A program made the position numbers and the translations under genes. A stretch of 20,000 nucleotides of DNA from an uncultured virus (IMG/VR IMGVR_UViG_3300026250_000004). Lineage: Duplodnaviria; Heunggongvirae; Uroviricota; Caudoviricetes. The notes below the pieces were generated by a model. The model was not told where the DNA came from. It saw nothing but the letters and a program-made list of their open reading frames with translations, and made no database searches. Shown here in pieces: positions 1 through 9,047 of this stretch. The DNA lies in IMG/VR virus record IMGVR_UViG_3300026250_000004; one strand, written 5' to 3'. Each line of letters opens with the position of its first letter. The stretch's first letter is position 1.

Positions 1-431
1 TGTTGAGGTTCAATGGGTGGGTATCTCCACTCAAGGTTACGCCCTTCAAATTTACCAGTTGAATAATGCGTTTCACCATCAAGGTCAACATAGTCACCTT
101 TTGGTCTACCACGAATGGTATGTCTGCCGGGGTCACGAGCAGGATTCCAATACTTTGAACGGGTATAGTCGTCCCATGCTGAATTGCTTGTATCAGCCAG
201 CGAACCAGAACCCCATTCAGTTACTAAAGCCATCATTCCACCAGCAGATACAGTACCGATTACCTGTCCAGCAATAGTCACCACTTCTTTATGGATTCTA
301 CTTCTATCTACTTCCGGTGGAGCTTTGCTTTGAACCTGCGACCAAAGCCAATCAGTCAAGATTTCACATTCAGCTAAAAGCATAATTTCCAACCCTTTAG
401 CCATTGCCTGACTGTCAATTCTTAATCCCAT
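1..431 (-). CDS. Head-completion/neck protein, HK97 gp10-like (partial, runs off the window)
   Basis: Not in the ORF track. Manual translation from ATG at 431 (RBS GTGGTGAT) stays open to base 1: MGLRIDSQAMAKGLE...ALVTEWGSGSLAD...YWNPARDPGRHTIRGRPKG. The EWGSG motif resembles the gp10 EFGT motif, and the gene follows the head-closure gene. Confidence 0.65.
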   Translation of the reverse strand, partial: MGLRIDSQAMAKGLEIMLLAECEILTDWLWSQVQSKAPPEVDRSRIHKEVVTIAGQVIGTVSAGGMMALVTEWGSGSLADTSNSAWDDYTRSKYWNPARDPGRHTIRGRPKGDYVDLDGETHYSTGKFEGRNLEWRYPPIEPQ

Positions 432-443
432 AACATCACCACA

Positions 444-1034
444 CTAACCAGTAGTCCATACGCTTAACTGAATAACCATTGCCCCAGGTATGCTAAAACG
501 GTCTATATCATCTACCCGATAATTGCGACCTGCTACCGTTGCTTTGTCATTTTGTTGCAGACTGTCATCATTGGGACAAGTTACTCTCATAACGGTTGTG
601 TCTAACAGTCCGGTATCAAGTTCACTCATTTTACCGTTAATCTGGTCAGCACGACAGGCAAGCGCATCTATGACAGTTGAAGGAGTTTCGCCCGTTGGAT
701 TACCGTCATCGTCATAAGCAGTCTCCGTCCTCGTTACTGTCAAGGTAGTATTGCAAATCAATCCGTAAGCAATTATTGCGACTTCCTGCCCTTGTATTAT
801 TTCCCTGCGTGATACTACAGCTATAAACTGCTCATCACCACAAGTTATTAACTCACCCGTAGTTAAGTTAGATTCCAATAGGCAGTTAATCATTCGCTTG
901 TTTTGCACCGAATAATCAGCTAAAGTTTTACCTATTTTGCCGATTATTGCCTTGCCTGTATAGTTCGTAGGAGTGCGGGTAATAGTAATTGATAAGCCTT
1001 CATCCTGTATGTGCTTAGATTTCGAGTCTATCAT
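444..1034 (-). CDS. Head-closure / head-tail joining protein (SPP1 gp16-like, beta-rich)
   Basis: 196 aa. C-terminal LQQNDKATVAGRNYRVDDIDRF..AMVIQL pattern is typical of head-closure proteins; lies directly after the adaptor gene. Confidence 0.6.
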   Translation of the reverse strand: MIDSKSKHIQDEGLSITITRTPTNYTGKAIIGKIGKTLADYSVQNKRMINCLLESNLTTGELITCGDEQFIAVVSRREIIQGQEVAIIAYGLICNTTLTVTRTETAYDDDGNPTGETPSTVIDALACRADQINGKMSELDTGLLDTTVMRVTCPNDDSLQQNDKATVAGRNYRVDDIDRFSIPGAMVIQLSVWTTG

Positions 1035-1428
1035 TATAGACCACCCCCACAGGACTGATGATTACATCCTCTTGTCCAGTTGCCAAACAGATATACCCTC
1101 TTACTAACCCTTCAAATTCTCGCTTCTTCTTATCCCAATTAGTCGCTTGAATCTTAAAGGAATAAAGAGTTTCGTCCTGTTGAGCTACCTTCACCCTTTG
1201 TGCCATACCAGTACAAAGCAGAGCGCATACTTGAGCGATTACAGCAGATTCCAGAAAGGTTAAATCATCACCCACCAAATTGGCATAGTCGGGAACAGAT
1301 TTAATTATCAATGCTTCTGCTATTGTTGCTTTAGATTGAATGTCTGCATCGGGAAGTATGCTAGTTGTTACTCCCATGTCAACGCGAACCCTATTCTCAT
1401 ATCCTGTTGGTAAAATTTTGTCAGCGAT
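1015..1428 (-). CDS. Head-tail connector/adaptor protein (probable non-canonical ATC/ATT start at 1428/1431; first ATG at 1377)
   Basis: Helical protein just after the major capsid gene. RBS GGGGGTGAT at 1432-1440 precedes in-frame ATT ATC. The 17-codon extension aligns with the N-terminus of the paralog at 14076-14423. Confidence 0.65.
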   Translation of the reverse strand: MADKILPTGYENRVRVDMGVTTSILPDADIQSKATIAEALIIKSVPDYANLVGDDLTFLESAVIAQVCALLCTGMAQRVKVAQQDETLYSFKIQATNWDKKKREFEGLVRGYICLATGQEDVIISPVGVVYNDRLEI

Positions 1429-1451
1429 AATATCACCCCCTTAAATTGGGG

Positions 1452-1480
1452 AAAGGGGGGTTAAATTGACCCCCCTTTAA
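1452..1480 (-). terminator. Hairpin/terminator after the major capsid gene
   Basis: Minus strand AAAGGGGGGTC-AATT-TAACCCCCCTTT inverted repeat directly after the stop codon; the U-tract is short. Confidence 0.55.
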
Positions 1481-1481
1481 G

Positions 1482-2621
1482 TTAGGCATTAGTTGTCAGA
1501 GTCTTTACTACATCGGGGAACAGAGTAGCAAAACCAGTTACCTGCGACAGTACGATAGTCTCAAATTGGGACTTAATCATCTTGTCAGTTTCTACAATGT
1601 CTGCACCGATTTCAGTTACCTGCTCTAAAGCATATTTCGGGTCGATAACCAGCACTCTATTGGCAATGGTACTGGAAGCCAGATATACATAGCGCATCGG
1701 ACCAGAGAATACATTCTGAGCCAGATTAGCACCACCACCAATGGAAGTTCCACCGTTCATAGCTGCCATCAAGGTCAAGGGGTCAATAACAGGGGGCTGA
1801 ATACCCAATACCTTAATCAGTTGGGTTTCATCCACAATGGCAGTTATGCCTTTGTACGGATAGAATTTCAGCCGGAATTTCAGCCAGCTTTCCCAGTCAA
1901 TACCATTAGCAACTACACCACCTAAAGCAGTTAGATTGAAGTTGGTTGCGGCGGTAGATGCGTTGCCGTCACCGTTTATCAATACGCTTACTGCATCATC
2001 GGCAAGGTCAAGTCCAGTCTGCTGAAGAATACCATCAATCAACAGAGCCAGCATGTCAATACGCATACGGCGAACATATTCATAGGACATATCAATAGCG
2101 CGACCCTTTTTATTTAAGGTCACAGAATGTTCGTGTCCGGTGATAGTGGTTGTCGGAATTTCTGCACCTTCTGCTACACGCTTTTTCTGTTTAGCAGCAG
2201 TAGACAGGTCTACATAGAAGGTCTTATAAGCGTTACCAGTTATCGGGGTCTTGATTGCTACCAGCTCATTTAAAATGTCGGGAGCTTCCATAGCCTGACG
2301 AGCAGTACGGTTGATAAATTCGGGGAACAGTACATCAGAGCTTGAAGTACCGAGGAAGAATTTTTCCACCGTATCAGCATAAATGCCCTTTGCAGGGTCA
2401 CTCTTGGTACGAATACCGTTAGCCAGCATCTGGCGTTCAAAAGCGTCCAGTTGTCCAAGCCAAGCATCTGCACCTACATACTGATTGGAAGGGTCAAGTA
2501 TCTCCAAGTGCTGTGATAGACTCCGGCCTTCTTTGTATGCTTCTTTATAAACATTAGTTCCAGTTCCAGACAGTTGTTCTGCTAATCCCATATAACCGTT
2601 AACTTTAGTTTCGGTAGGCAT
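1482..2621 (-). CDS. Major capsid protein (HK97 fold)
   Basis: 379 aa with VLFPEFINR, KRVAEGAEIP and LNKKGRAIDMSYE motifs typical of HK97-type capsids; strong RBS GAAAGGAAGTG; synteny. Confidence 0.9.
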   Translation of the reverse strand: MPTETKVNGYMGLAEQLSGTGTNVYKEAYKEGRSLSQHLEILDPSNQYVGADAWLGQLDAFERQMLANGIRTKSDPAKGIYADTVEKFFLGTSSSDVLFPEFINRTARQAMEAPDILNELVAIKTPITGNAYKTFYVDLSTAAKQKKRVAEGAEIPTTTITGHEHSVTLNKKGRAIDMSYEYVRRMRIDMLALLIDGILQQTGLDLADDAVSVLINGDGNASTAATNFNLTALGGVVANGIDWESWLKFRLKFYPYKGITAIVDETQLIKVLGIQPPVIDPLTLMAAMNGGTSIGGGANLAQNVFSGPMRYVYLASSTIANRVLVIDPKYALEQVTEIGADIVETDKMIKSQFETIVLSQVTGFATLFPDVVKTLTTNA

Positions 2622-2655
2622 TAAACTTCACTTCCTTTCAAATTTTTCAGAAAAC

Positions 2656-2682
2656 AAAAAACCCACCATATTTAGCGGGTTA
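2656..2682 (-). terminator. Intrinsic terminator-like hairpin upstream of the major capsid gene
   Basis: Minus strand AACCCGCT-AAATA-TGGTGGGTTTTT: stem followed by a T-run. Confidence 0.45.
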
Positions 2683-2705
2683 CAGTTATTAATTTGGTTA
2701 TTTAT

Positions 2706-3092
2706 TTAGCCAAGTTTTACAATAGCTTTGTGATTGGTTGCATCAACAGCTACAGCACGAACACCAGTAGCGGCAGCGGCCAATGCCCCTTTACCGGCAC
2801 CATCCAATTCAACCCAAGAGCCGTTAGTTACTTCGTTGGCAGCCTGCGCAGCATGTTCAATATCAATTTCGGCATAACCTCCATCCTGAACACCAACAGC
2901 ATCGGTTTCAAATCTGATTAGCACCCCAAAAGGAACGCCTGCATCAGCACCTAAGCTCCATTCTCCAATGCCAGAGATAGTGCCAAGTTTGCCAATATCG
3001 GTTGCGGCAATTCCGTTAGCGGGAACAAGGGTAATTTCGTGATAGTCAATATTCAAAAGTCTCTCTTTAGCTTCTGCATAAGTCATAGCCAT
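2706..3092 (-). CDS. Capsid decoration/cement-like protein
   Basis: 128 aa, Gly/Ala/Val-rich beta protein between scaffold and capsid genes (PFGVLIRFETDAVGVQDGG; VELDGAGKG); RBS GAAAGGAAGTG. Confidence 0.6.
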   Translation of the reverse strand: MAMTYAEAKERLLNIDYHEITLVPANGIAATDIGKLGTISGIGEWSLGADAGVPFGVLIRFETDAVGVQDGGYAEIDIEHAAQAANEVTNGSWVELDGAGKGALAAAATGVRAVAVDATNHKAIVKLG

Positions 3093-3113
3093 TATTTAAC
3101 ACTTCCTTTCAAA

Positions 3114-3566
3114 TTAAAGTACACGGTAGTAAATTTCGTAACTACCTTTTAAGCCAGCACTTGCACCACCAGTTACTACGGAACCAGTTACCCATTTACC
3201 AGCAGCAAGTCTTTGAGCAGCTTTGCCATTAGTCCCACCATTAGCAGTATTGGTAAATGTACCAGCAGCGGTTTTTATATCCTGACCGTCAATCAAGTTG
3301 TCGCTTGAAGTAGTCGCATCAGCGGCAGTCGTGCCAACATCAACGGTACAGGCATCAGTCGTCTTAGTGGTTACTACAAGGGCTACATGCTCAATCAGAA
3401 TTTCGCTGGTTTCGGGATTAGCCCATGCAAACACACCGCCGCCAGTGTCTACGGCAGCCAGCGCACCAGTAACCTTCTTGAGCGCACCACGGTTAAGGTC
3501 ATCGGCACTTGCAGTTACTTCTTTTCCCTTGATTTTAAGTCCATTAATTTTTATGCCAGTTTTCAA
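3114..3566 (-). CDS. Putative head decoration/fibre structural protein
   Basis: 150 aa, Thr/Gly/Ala-rich beta-sandwich-like sequence; TTG start with RBS AAGGGGGTG; inside the head module. Confidence 0.5.
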   Translation of the reverse strand: MKTGIKINGLKIKGKEVTASADDLNRGALKKVTGALAAVDTGGGVFAWANPETSEILIEHVALVVTTKTTDACTVDVGTTAADATTSSDNLIDGQDIKTAAGTFTNTANGGTNGKAAQRLAAGKWVTGSVVTGGASAGLKGSYEIYYRVL

Positions 3567-3578
3567 TCTTACACCCCC

Positions 3579-3995
3579 TTACCTTCCAACTTTATACAGG
3601 CTCGGGTCAACAACTTGCTTAAATCCTTCTTCTGGTAAGCCTATTTCCTCACCTTTGGTTTTGGATTCAGGAACACCTAATTTTTCCAGAGCAGATGCTT
3701 CCCATTTTTCGCCCATTTCTTTGATTTCTTCAATGGACAAAGCAGCAAACATTTTCTTGTAGGTTTCCTCTACAAATTCGTTGCCCATATCACGAACACC
3801 AGATGCTAAAGCAACCCCAATAACATCTTCGCGATACTGCTTGCCAAGTTCTGCCTGTGGATTTAATTCGTCTACTTTAGCCTTGAGTTCTGCTATTTCG
3901 CTATCTTTGGCAGTTAAAGCAGTTTCTTTATCGGCCAATTCAGTTTTTAATTCATCAATCTGCTTCTCAAATGCCAGTTTTTCTTTTTCGTCCAC
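3579..3995 (-). CDS. Nested in-frame scaffolding protein (internal GTG start)
   Basis: The RBS GAAAGGAAGTG (4001-4011), identical to that of the capsid and decoration genes, precedes an in-frame GTG at 3995 at the start of the coiled coil (VDEKEKLAFEKQ...). 138 aa. Confidence 0.6.
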   Translation of the reverse strand: MDEKEKLAFEKQIDELKTELADKETALTAKDSEIAELKAKVDELNPQAELGKQYREDVIGVALASGVRDMGNEFVEETYKKMFAALSIEEIKEMGEKWEASALEKLGVPESKTKGEEIGLPEEGFKQVVDPSLYKVGR

Positions 3996-4982
3996 ATTGT
4001 CACTTCCTTTCGTTGATTTCGCCTTTAGAGCGTCATTTAAAGCCCCATCGAGTGCGTCCACCATGAAGTGTTCGTGTCCTTCGTCTAAAAGTGCTTGTAC
4101 GACCTTCTTGTGTTCTGCGTTCAAACGGGCTTTCGTCCAACCTTCGGGCAATTCCGCTTCTGAGTACATTTGGTGGTAAATCTGATGCAACTCACTTGCA
4201 TCGCGTAGGTTCTCGCTTTCAATTTGGAATGTCGCTGAGGTTGAGGATAAACAACAAAAAACTGGTGCGTCTTTTTTCACCAGTTTTAGGTCTGCTATGT
4301 TGTTGAGCTTTACCATCTTTTCAGTGTTCGGCGGTTTTTCACCACTTGCTGAAAGTCCCAATACCCCTGCATCGGGATAAGCCCCAGCGCAGACGATTGA
4401 GTTTTCTATCATGCAACTGTTATCTGGACGTGGCGGAGGCGCAGGTTTTGCTATTACAGTGCATAACACTTCTTCGCCATCATCCTTATAAACTCTACCG
4501 GGATAATGCCTACAGTTCTCATAGTCCCTTATATCGTTATGGCAAATAGAACATTCAGAAAAACCCCATGATACTGATACAGAGCTATCATGCAGTATGC
4601 CTGCATCTATCTGTTGACTTATATCATCGGTTGTAAAATCTTGTATGTAGGTCTTTGCTCCTTTTGGCATGAACATATTGCCATCTAACTGTACCTTGTC
4701 GCCATCACTTACAAGTTCACCTTCAAAGAACCGGCCAAAAGGTAAAGTAACTTTATCAACCCATGTATTACCGAATGTATGGTCTGCTATCTGCACTACA
4801 TCTCCATTGTTGACATTCGCTAGGTATCTGTCCAACAGCGAAGAGTCAAACTGCAAATATCGGGACGGTATGTAGCCAGTGCCAAGCAGTCTAAACTTGT
4901 GAACATGCACATCGTCAGCACTTAGCGGAGTCTTTGCGAATCGGTTAATTTTCGCTAACTGCGCTTCAGTCGGTTTTGCCAA
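3579..4982 (-). CDS. Prohead maturation protease-scaffold fusion
   Basis: 467 aa. N-terminal protease-like region (DH..PFGRFF; DSSVS..SECSICHND..C.HYPG..Y; ENSIV..GAYPDAG) and C-terminal coiled coil; lies between portal and capsid genes. Confidence 0.8.
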   Translation of the reverse strand: MAKPTEAQLAKINRFAKTPLSADDVHVHKFRLLGTGYIPSRYLQFDSSLLDRYLANVNNGDVVQIADHTFGNTWVDKVTLPFGRFFEGELVSDGDKVQLDGNMFMPKGAKTYIQDFTTDDISQQIDAGILHDSSVSVSWGFSECSICHNDIRDYENCRHYPGRVYKDDGEEVLCTVIAKPAPPPRPDNSCMIENSIVCAGAYPDAGVLGLSASGEKPPNTEKMVKLNNIADLKLVKKDAPVFCCLSSTSATFQIESENLRDASELHQIYHQMYSEAELPEGWTKARLNAEHKKVVQALLDEGHEHFMVDALDGALNDALKAKSTKGSDNVDEKEKLAFEKQIDELKTELADKETALTAKDSEIAELKAKVDELNPQAELGKQYREDVIGVALASGVRDMGNEFVEETYKKMFAALSIEEIKEMGEKWEASALEKLGVPESKTKGEEIGLPEEGFKQVVDPSLYKVGR

Positions 4983-5128
4983 TCTCTTTCACCACCTTTC
5001 AAACTCATATCAACAGGCTTGCCGCCATAACTGCACTTCTTCAAAACGTCCATAATTTCATCATCACGAAGTTTTTTCTTTGCTTCTATGACTGCTTTGT
5101 CAATCTCGCTTTGTGTTGCTAAACCCAT
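4955..5128 (-). CDS. Small hypothetical protein (57 aa)
   Basis: Manual translation MGLATQSEIDKAVIEAKKKLRDDEIMDVLKKCSYGGKPVDMSLKGGERDWQNRLKRS; RBS AGGTGA; fills the gap and overlaps the protease start. Confidence 0.5.
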   Translation of the reverse strand: MGLATQSEIDKAVIEAKKKLRDDEIMDVLKKCSYGGKPVDMSLKGGERDWQNRLKRS

Positions 5129-5136
5129 TTAATCAC

Positions 5137-5427
5137 CTACCCTAATACTTCATATGGGCAACCCGCTGTTACTGCCTTAGCTATTGTCGCAAAGGTCAAC
5201 GTGTTTCCCAAACTAGCCGTTATAGTGCAGTAATAGTCAACGCCATCAATAGTTACTTTGGCAATTTTGCCCTTGTATAAGTCAGATTCAAAGCTTTTAG
5301 TTGTATCAATTATTGTGGTAGTCGTCCCACCCGTTGCTACGCTACGCACCGATACGAGTCTAACAGAAGGAATTATCTCATCATTAAACCACTCATAAGC
5401 CTGTTGGCTGTAATCTTTAAAACTCAT
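5137..5427 (-). CDS. Hypothetical protein, possibly virion-associated
   Basis: 96 aa, Thr-rich beta protein with RBS GGAAGGTGA, directly after the portal gene. Confidence 0.55.
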   Translation of the reverse strand: MSFKDYSQQAYEWFNDEIIPSVRLVSVRSVATGGTTTTIIDTTKSFESDLYKGKIAKVTIDGVDYYCTITASLGNTLTFATIAKAVTAGCPYEVLG

Positions 5428-5442
5428 GTTTCACCTTCCTTT

Positions 5443-6891
5443 CTATTGGTTCGCTGGGGGACTGCCATGACGTGGATAATCTTCTGCTTGTCCACCGCGT
5501 TCTTCACGAGCCTTGCGTTCTTCTACGAGTGCTTCCCAATCTTGCGGTTCACCAATAAAACCCAGAAGATTGCGATGCGCTTTCATTTCTTCATAGTCGC
5601 TAATTGAGCCGCGCATACGAGCAGTTATTATAATATCCTGCCGTGTCTGCAATTCAGCTACCACTTGCAATTCAGAACGCAAGTCAACTGGTTCAAATTC
5701 TACATCTACCCAACCTCTAACCCCTTCTAGGTTTAATGCCATCGTTAAAGCGCGTTCTAGCAGGTTTTCGACTACTTGTTGCACCGATTCTATTCCACGA
5801 GAATAGAGTTTTAATTCAGCAGCATAGGATTCTTTAGAAGTGTCTGCGCTTATGCCGATAATAGAGGATAAGGTTTTAAGCGCAGCAGCAAGTGATTTGT
5901 TGATCGTGTTTATTACTGCATCAACCCTAATGGTGCTACCTGCGCCGCCCTTGCCCACTAGGTCAAGCTCTGCGCTGTCCCATAGAACAGGTATGGCATC
6001 AGGCTCCAAGTTTCGCATAGAAGTCTGAACGTCGAGTCTTATCTTGTCCATCCATTCCTTGTATTTAACAGGGTCATTCTGAATGTGGATAGGCGCGTTC
6101 TTTTTGGCTATTTCCTCAAGAAGCTTAATCCTCATACGAGGATAGCCGGTTTGATGAACCGCTGCCTGCAAGTCGTTCAAGAATCCTATCTGCCATGCCA
6201 CTATCTGAATTAGCGATATAAGCGGACTTGCGCCATAAGGGTCATCGGGCGCAGGGTCTAGCGGGTTATAAAAGATAGTCGGATAGTCAATCTTTGTATA
6301 ACCCATACTGCCAGGTATTGTCTGCTTCTGATACGGCACTAATCGCCCGTTTTCAGTCTTAAAGTAAAGTGTTGCGCTGTCAAAAACCTGTAGTCTATCC
6401 ATTCTGCCGATAGAGTTTAAAACTAATTCGCTACCAGCACCACCGCGCATCATCACATTTAAGAGCAATTGGCCGCTTATTAAGTCAATTCCTCTAGCTT
6501 CTTGAAAGTTATTGCCGTTATTAGCATGGTTGAGCTTCCATATCAAGCCGTCTAGCACCTTTTGACCGCGTTTACTATCTTCGCCTGTCACTGTTTTAGC
6601 CTTAAAGGTAAGAGTAGAATTAGCTACTCGCAGGAATTGCCAGATACTAAAGGAAGTTTCCGGATGGTTGTGTCGCAACAAGTCCAGCAGGTCATTTGTG
6701 CTATGGTTTTTGAATTGAGTTATGTCTAACTGCCTAGTTCTATCAAACTTACGGGGCATAAAAGCATATTTTAGATATGAAACCATAGAATATTGTTCTG
6801 TTTTAGCTGTACCCGAAGAGGGTGGGGTATCTGGACTTGGACTTCTAGCTTGCTCTTTTGACTTCGCAAATATCGCAAAGGGATTTTTCAA
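5443..6891 (-). CDS. Portal protein
   Basis: 482 aa directly downstream of TerL; DDPYGASPL motif; C-terminal VEFEPVDLR and GSISDYE portal-like motifs. Confidence 0.85.
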   Translation of the reverse strand: MKNPFAIFAKSKEQARSPSPDTPPSSGTAKTEQYSMVSYLKYAFMPRKFDRTRQLDITQFKNHSTNDLLDLLRHNHPETSFSIWQFLRVANSTLTFKAKTVTGEDSKRGQKVLDGLIWKLNHANNGNNFQEARGIDLISGQLLLNVMMRGGAGSELVLNSIGRMDRLQVFDSATLYFKTENGRLVPYQKQTIPGSMGYTKIDYPTIFYNPLDPAPDDPYGASPLISLIQIVAWQIGFLNDLQAAVHQTGYPRMRIKLLEEIAKKNAPIHIQNDPVKYKEWMDKIRLDVQTSMRNLEPDAIPVLWDSAELDLVGKGGAGSTIRVDAVINTINKSLAAALKTLSSIIGISADTSKESYAAELKLYSRGIESVQQVVENLLERALTMALNLEGVRGWVDVEFEPVDLRSELQVVAELQTRQDIIITARMRGSISDYEEMKAHRNLLGFIGEPQDWEALVEERKAREERGGQAEDYPRHGSPPANQ

Positions 6892-6907
6892 TATTTATCA
6901 CCTGCCT

Positions 6908-8512
6908 TTACCAATTTATTGAAACACCGCAAATATCGGGCATCATCGAGTGTTCAAAGTCTGTCTCAACCGTTGTTATCAAGCTAACTGCCATCTGTAA
7001 GGCATCAGCTTCATCATCAGTTCGCCATTTGCCCAAATAGCAAAGTTCTTGTATCAGTTCTCTTTGTGACCGATGCAAGCGCAAATAACCATTCTTTAGC
7101 AACGGCATTAAGCCCATGATTCGCAAAACCTTATCTGTTGTCGGCTTAATTTCTATGATGTTAAGATAAACTCCACGCTTTGCCGATGCTTGCCGTAAGT
7201 TATGAGCAAATAACTCTTGAAACTGTACTGTCTCACAACCAAACTGCTGAAACGGATATTGAACGGCATAACCTAAAATGTCATTAATGATTATATCTGG
7301 ATGTCGTCTTTTGCCATCTGATTCAATAACATACATATAACCTGCTTCGTCTTTAGCAATTATCGCTATAGCACTCTTGTCTGACCTTCTGGTTTTCCCC
7401 ATACTGGGGTCTACCGCGCCCACTATGGCACATTTGCTTAAATCAGGTAGTGCATCATAGTAAACTATTTCATCTTCGCGTATAGGGCAATCTGCGGGGT
7501 TAATAGGCTCATTCTGAACCTCACTATTGAATGATGCTATGCCTTCATCAATTATCATCACGCGGTAGTCATAGTAAGTTACTTTTTCAGGCCATAAGAC
7601 TTGAACGCCATTAAGCAATTCTTCTTTGTTTTGCTCATAAAAAGACCGGGCTGTTTCCACCCGGTTAATGTCGTCTAAATTGGTATATAATCGTTCCCAT
7701 TCTGCCCATAAGCCTGAATGAGACTCGCTGATTACACCTTGATATTTCTTTGTCTTAAATCCTGGTCGTCTTAATAGCTTCGATAGCAGACTGTCATAAT
7801 GTAAAATCGTTCCAATCACGATTATATCTGTCTTTTCGTCACCTGCTTTACTGATGGCTTTATCAAACCAAGACTCTAACTTTTTGCGCTGGTCCTCGCT
7901 TTCCACATTCTCATCATTTTCGGCATCGTCAATGATAAACAGGTCTGGTCTAAAATTCTTATGCTTTAATCCGCGAATAGCTTTGCCTGAGCCTTTGGCG
8001 GCTAATTTAACATCATTCTTTAGCAGTATTTCATCCATTCTCCATGTAGAACCTTGAAGTTTACCAAAGTCTTGAATTATAGCCTCATTGCCTGCTATTT
8101 CTTCTTTTATGTTGCCTAAATAACTTTCTGCTTGTCCGCTACTGTCTGAAATTAGAATTATAAACCGCTTTTTACGGTATAAGGCACACCATAAAGGGAG
8201 AATGAAGTCCCACAAAGTAGTTTTAGCACTGCCACGGGGACTAGCTATCGCAACTTTATTACCACCTTTACCGTTGACTATCGTTTCCATAAGGTCATAC
8301 ATTTCCAAGTGAAAGTCTGGAATAGCACTCGTAAAATATTGGGGGTAGTATGCTCGTGCGAAGAAGCAAATATCTATCTGCCCTAGTTCACGCCTTATGC
8401 CATTCGGACCATATAGTTTTTTATCGGCTAAAATAGTTTCTATTTCCTCTTGTGAAAAGTATTTCGGCAAATATTCAAATACTAGGTCTATTAAATACTG
8501 CTCATAATCCAT
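6908..8512 (-). CDS. terL: Terminase large subunit
   Basis: Walker A-like PRGSAKTT, IRG..RPDLFIIDD Walker B, GTILH coupling motif, nuclease domain GAVDPS..DKSA..DDEADA. Start placed at ATG 8512 (RBS GGCAGGTGA) rather than GTG 8548. Confidence 0.95.
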   Translation of the reverse strand: MDYEQYLIDLVFEYLPKYFSQEEIETILADKKLYGPNGIRRELGQIDICFFARAYYPQYFTSAIPDFHLEMYDLMETIVNGKGGNKVAIASPRGSAKTTLWDFILPLWCALYRKKRFIILISDSSGQAESYLGNIKEEIAGNEAIIQDFGKLQGSTWRMDEILLKNDVKLAAKGSGKAIRGLKHKNFRPDLFIIDDAENDENVESEDQRKKLESWFDKAISKAGDEKTDIIVIGTILHYDSLLSKLLRRPGFKTKKYQGVISESHSGLWAEWERLYTNLDDINRVETARSFYEQNKEELLNGVQVLWPEKVTYYDYRVMIIDEGIASFNSEVQNEPINPADCPIREDEIVYYDALPDLSKCAIVGAVDPSMGKTRRSDKSAIAIIAKDEAGYMYVIESDGKRRHPDIIINDILGYAVQYPFQQFGCETVQFQELFAHNLRQASAKRGVYLNIIEIKPTTDKVLRIMGLMPLLKNGYLRLHRSQRELIQELCYLGKWRTDDEADALQMAVSLITTVETDFEHSMMPDICGVSINW

Positions 8513-8616
8513 GTAATCACCTGCCAATATAACAAATAATTTACGCACAAACGCCTATATATATGGGTTTATGCCCTTGCAAGCGACATAAATGTCGGTA
8601 GCAAACCTTGCCCAAA

Positions 8617-8648
8617 CAAAAAACCACCAGCATAAAGCTGATGGCCTT
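8617..8648 (-). terminator. Intrinsic terminator upstream of terL
   Basis: Minus strand GGCCATCAGC-TTTAT-GCTGGTGGTTTTTT. Confidence 0.55.
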
Positions 8649-8672
8649 TAATTTGAGTGAGTTAAAAATTTA

Positions 8673-8945
8673 CTACAAATTCTCTAATACTTTCTGAACC
8701 TTTTGCAGTTCGTTGCCTATCATTTCGCGCAACCGTTCATCACGTTTACCAAACCATTTATCTTTAAACTTCTGAACAGTCTTACGATAATCTTCTTCTC
8801 CAATATCACATGAACGCCACCATTCTAGGTCACGCAATACCTTCACAAAATCTTTAATAAATTCGTCAAGTTCTGGGTCATGCATTTTACCATCGTAATA
8901 TTCTTCTACCCGATAACAGGTATAATCGTAACTTCCTCCACTCAT
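8673..8945 (-). CDS. Hypothetical phage protein
   Basis: 90 aa MSGGSYDY...DLEWW.SCDIGEEDY; RBS GGAGGG. Confidence 0.7.
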   Translation of the reverse strand: MSGGSYDYTCYRVEEYYDGKMHDPELDEFIKDFVKVLRDLEWWRSCDIGEEDYRKTVQKFKDKWFGKRDERLREMIGNELQKVQKVLENL

Positions 8946-8967
8946 GTTGTCCCTCCTAGTTTTGATA

Positions 8968-9044
8968 TGGAGCCGGATGCAGGACTCGAACCCGTCAACT
9001 TACCGCTTACAGGGCGGTTACTCTACCAATTGAGTTAATCCGGC
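8968..9044 (-). tRNA. tRNA-Thr(UGU), atypical (C33, irregular T-stem), encoded CCA
   Basis: Minus strand GCCGGAT TA ACTC AATTGGTA GAGT A ACCGC CCTGTAA GCGGT AAGTTG ACGGG TTCGAGT CCTGC ATCCGGC T CCA folds as a cloverleaf. Confidence 0.85.
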
Positions 9045-9047
9045 ATA

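Noticed and set aside
17..8057. Plus-strand ORFs opposite the head module (e.g. 17-277, 3298-3762, 3781-4179)
   Set aside because: Antisense shadows of well-supported minus-strand structural genes; no RBS or recognisable motifs.
6908..8548. Intein or intron in terL
   Set aside because: Length and continuous motif order are normal; no splice-junction or homing-endonuclease motifs seen.
8968..9044. tRNA-Tyr(GUA) call, or tRNA as an integration site
   Set aside because: Loop register and the short variable arm favour Thr(UGU); no integrase or duplicated tRNA 3' end is in the window.
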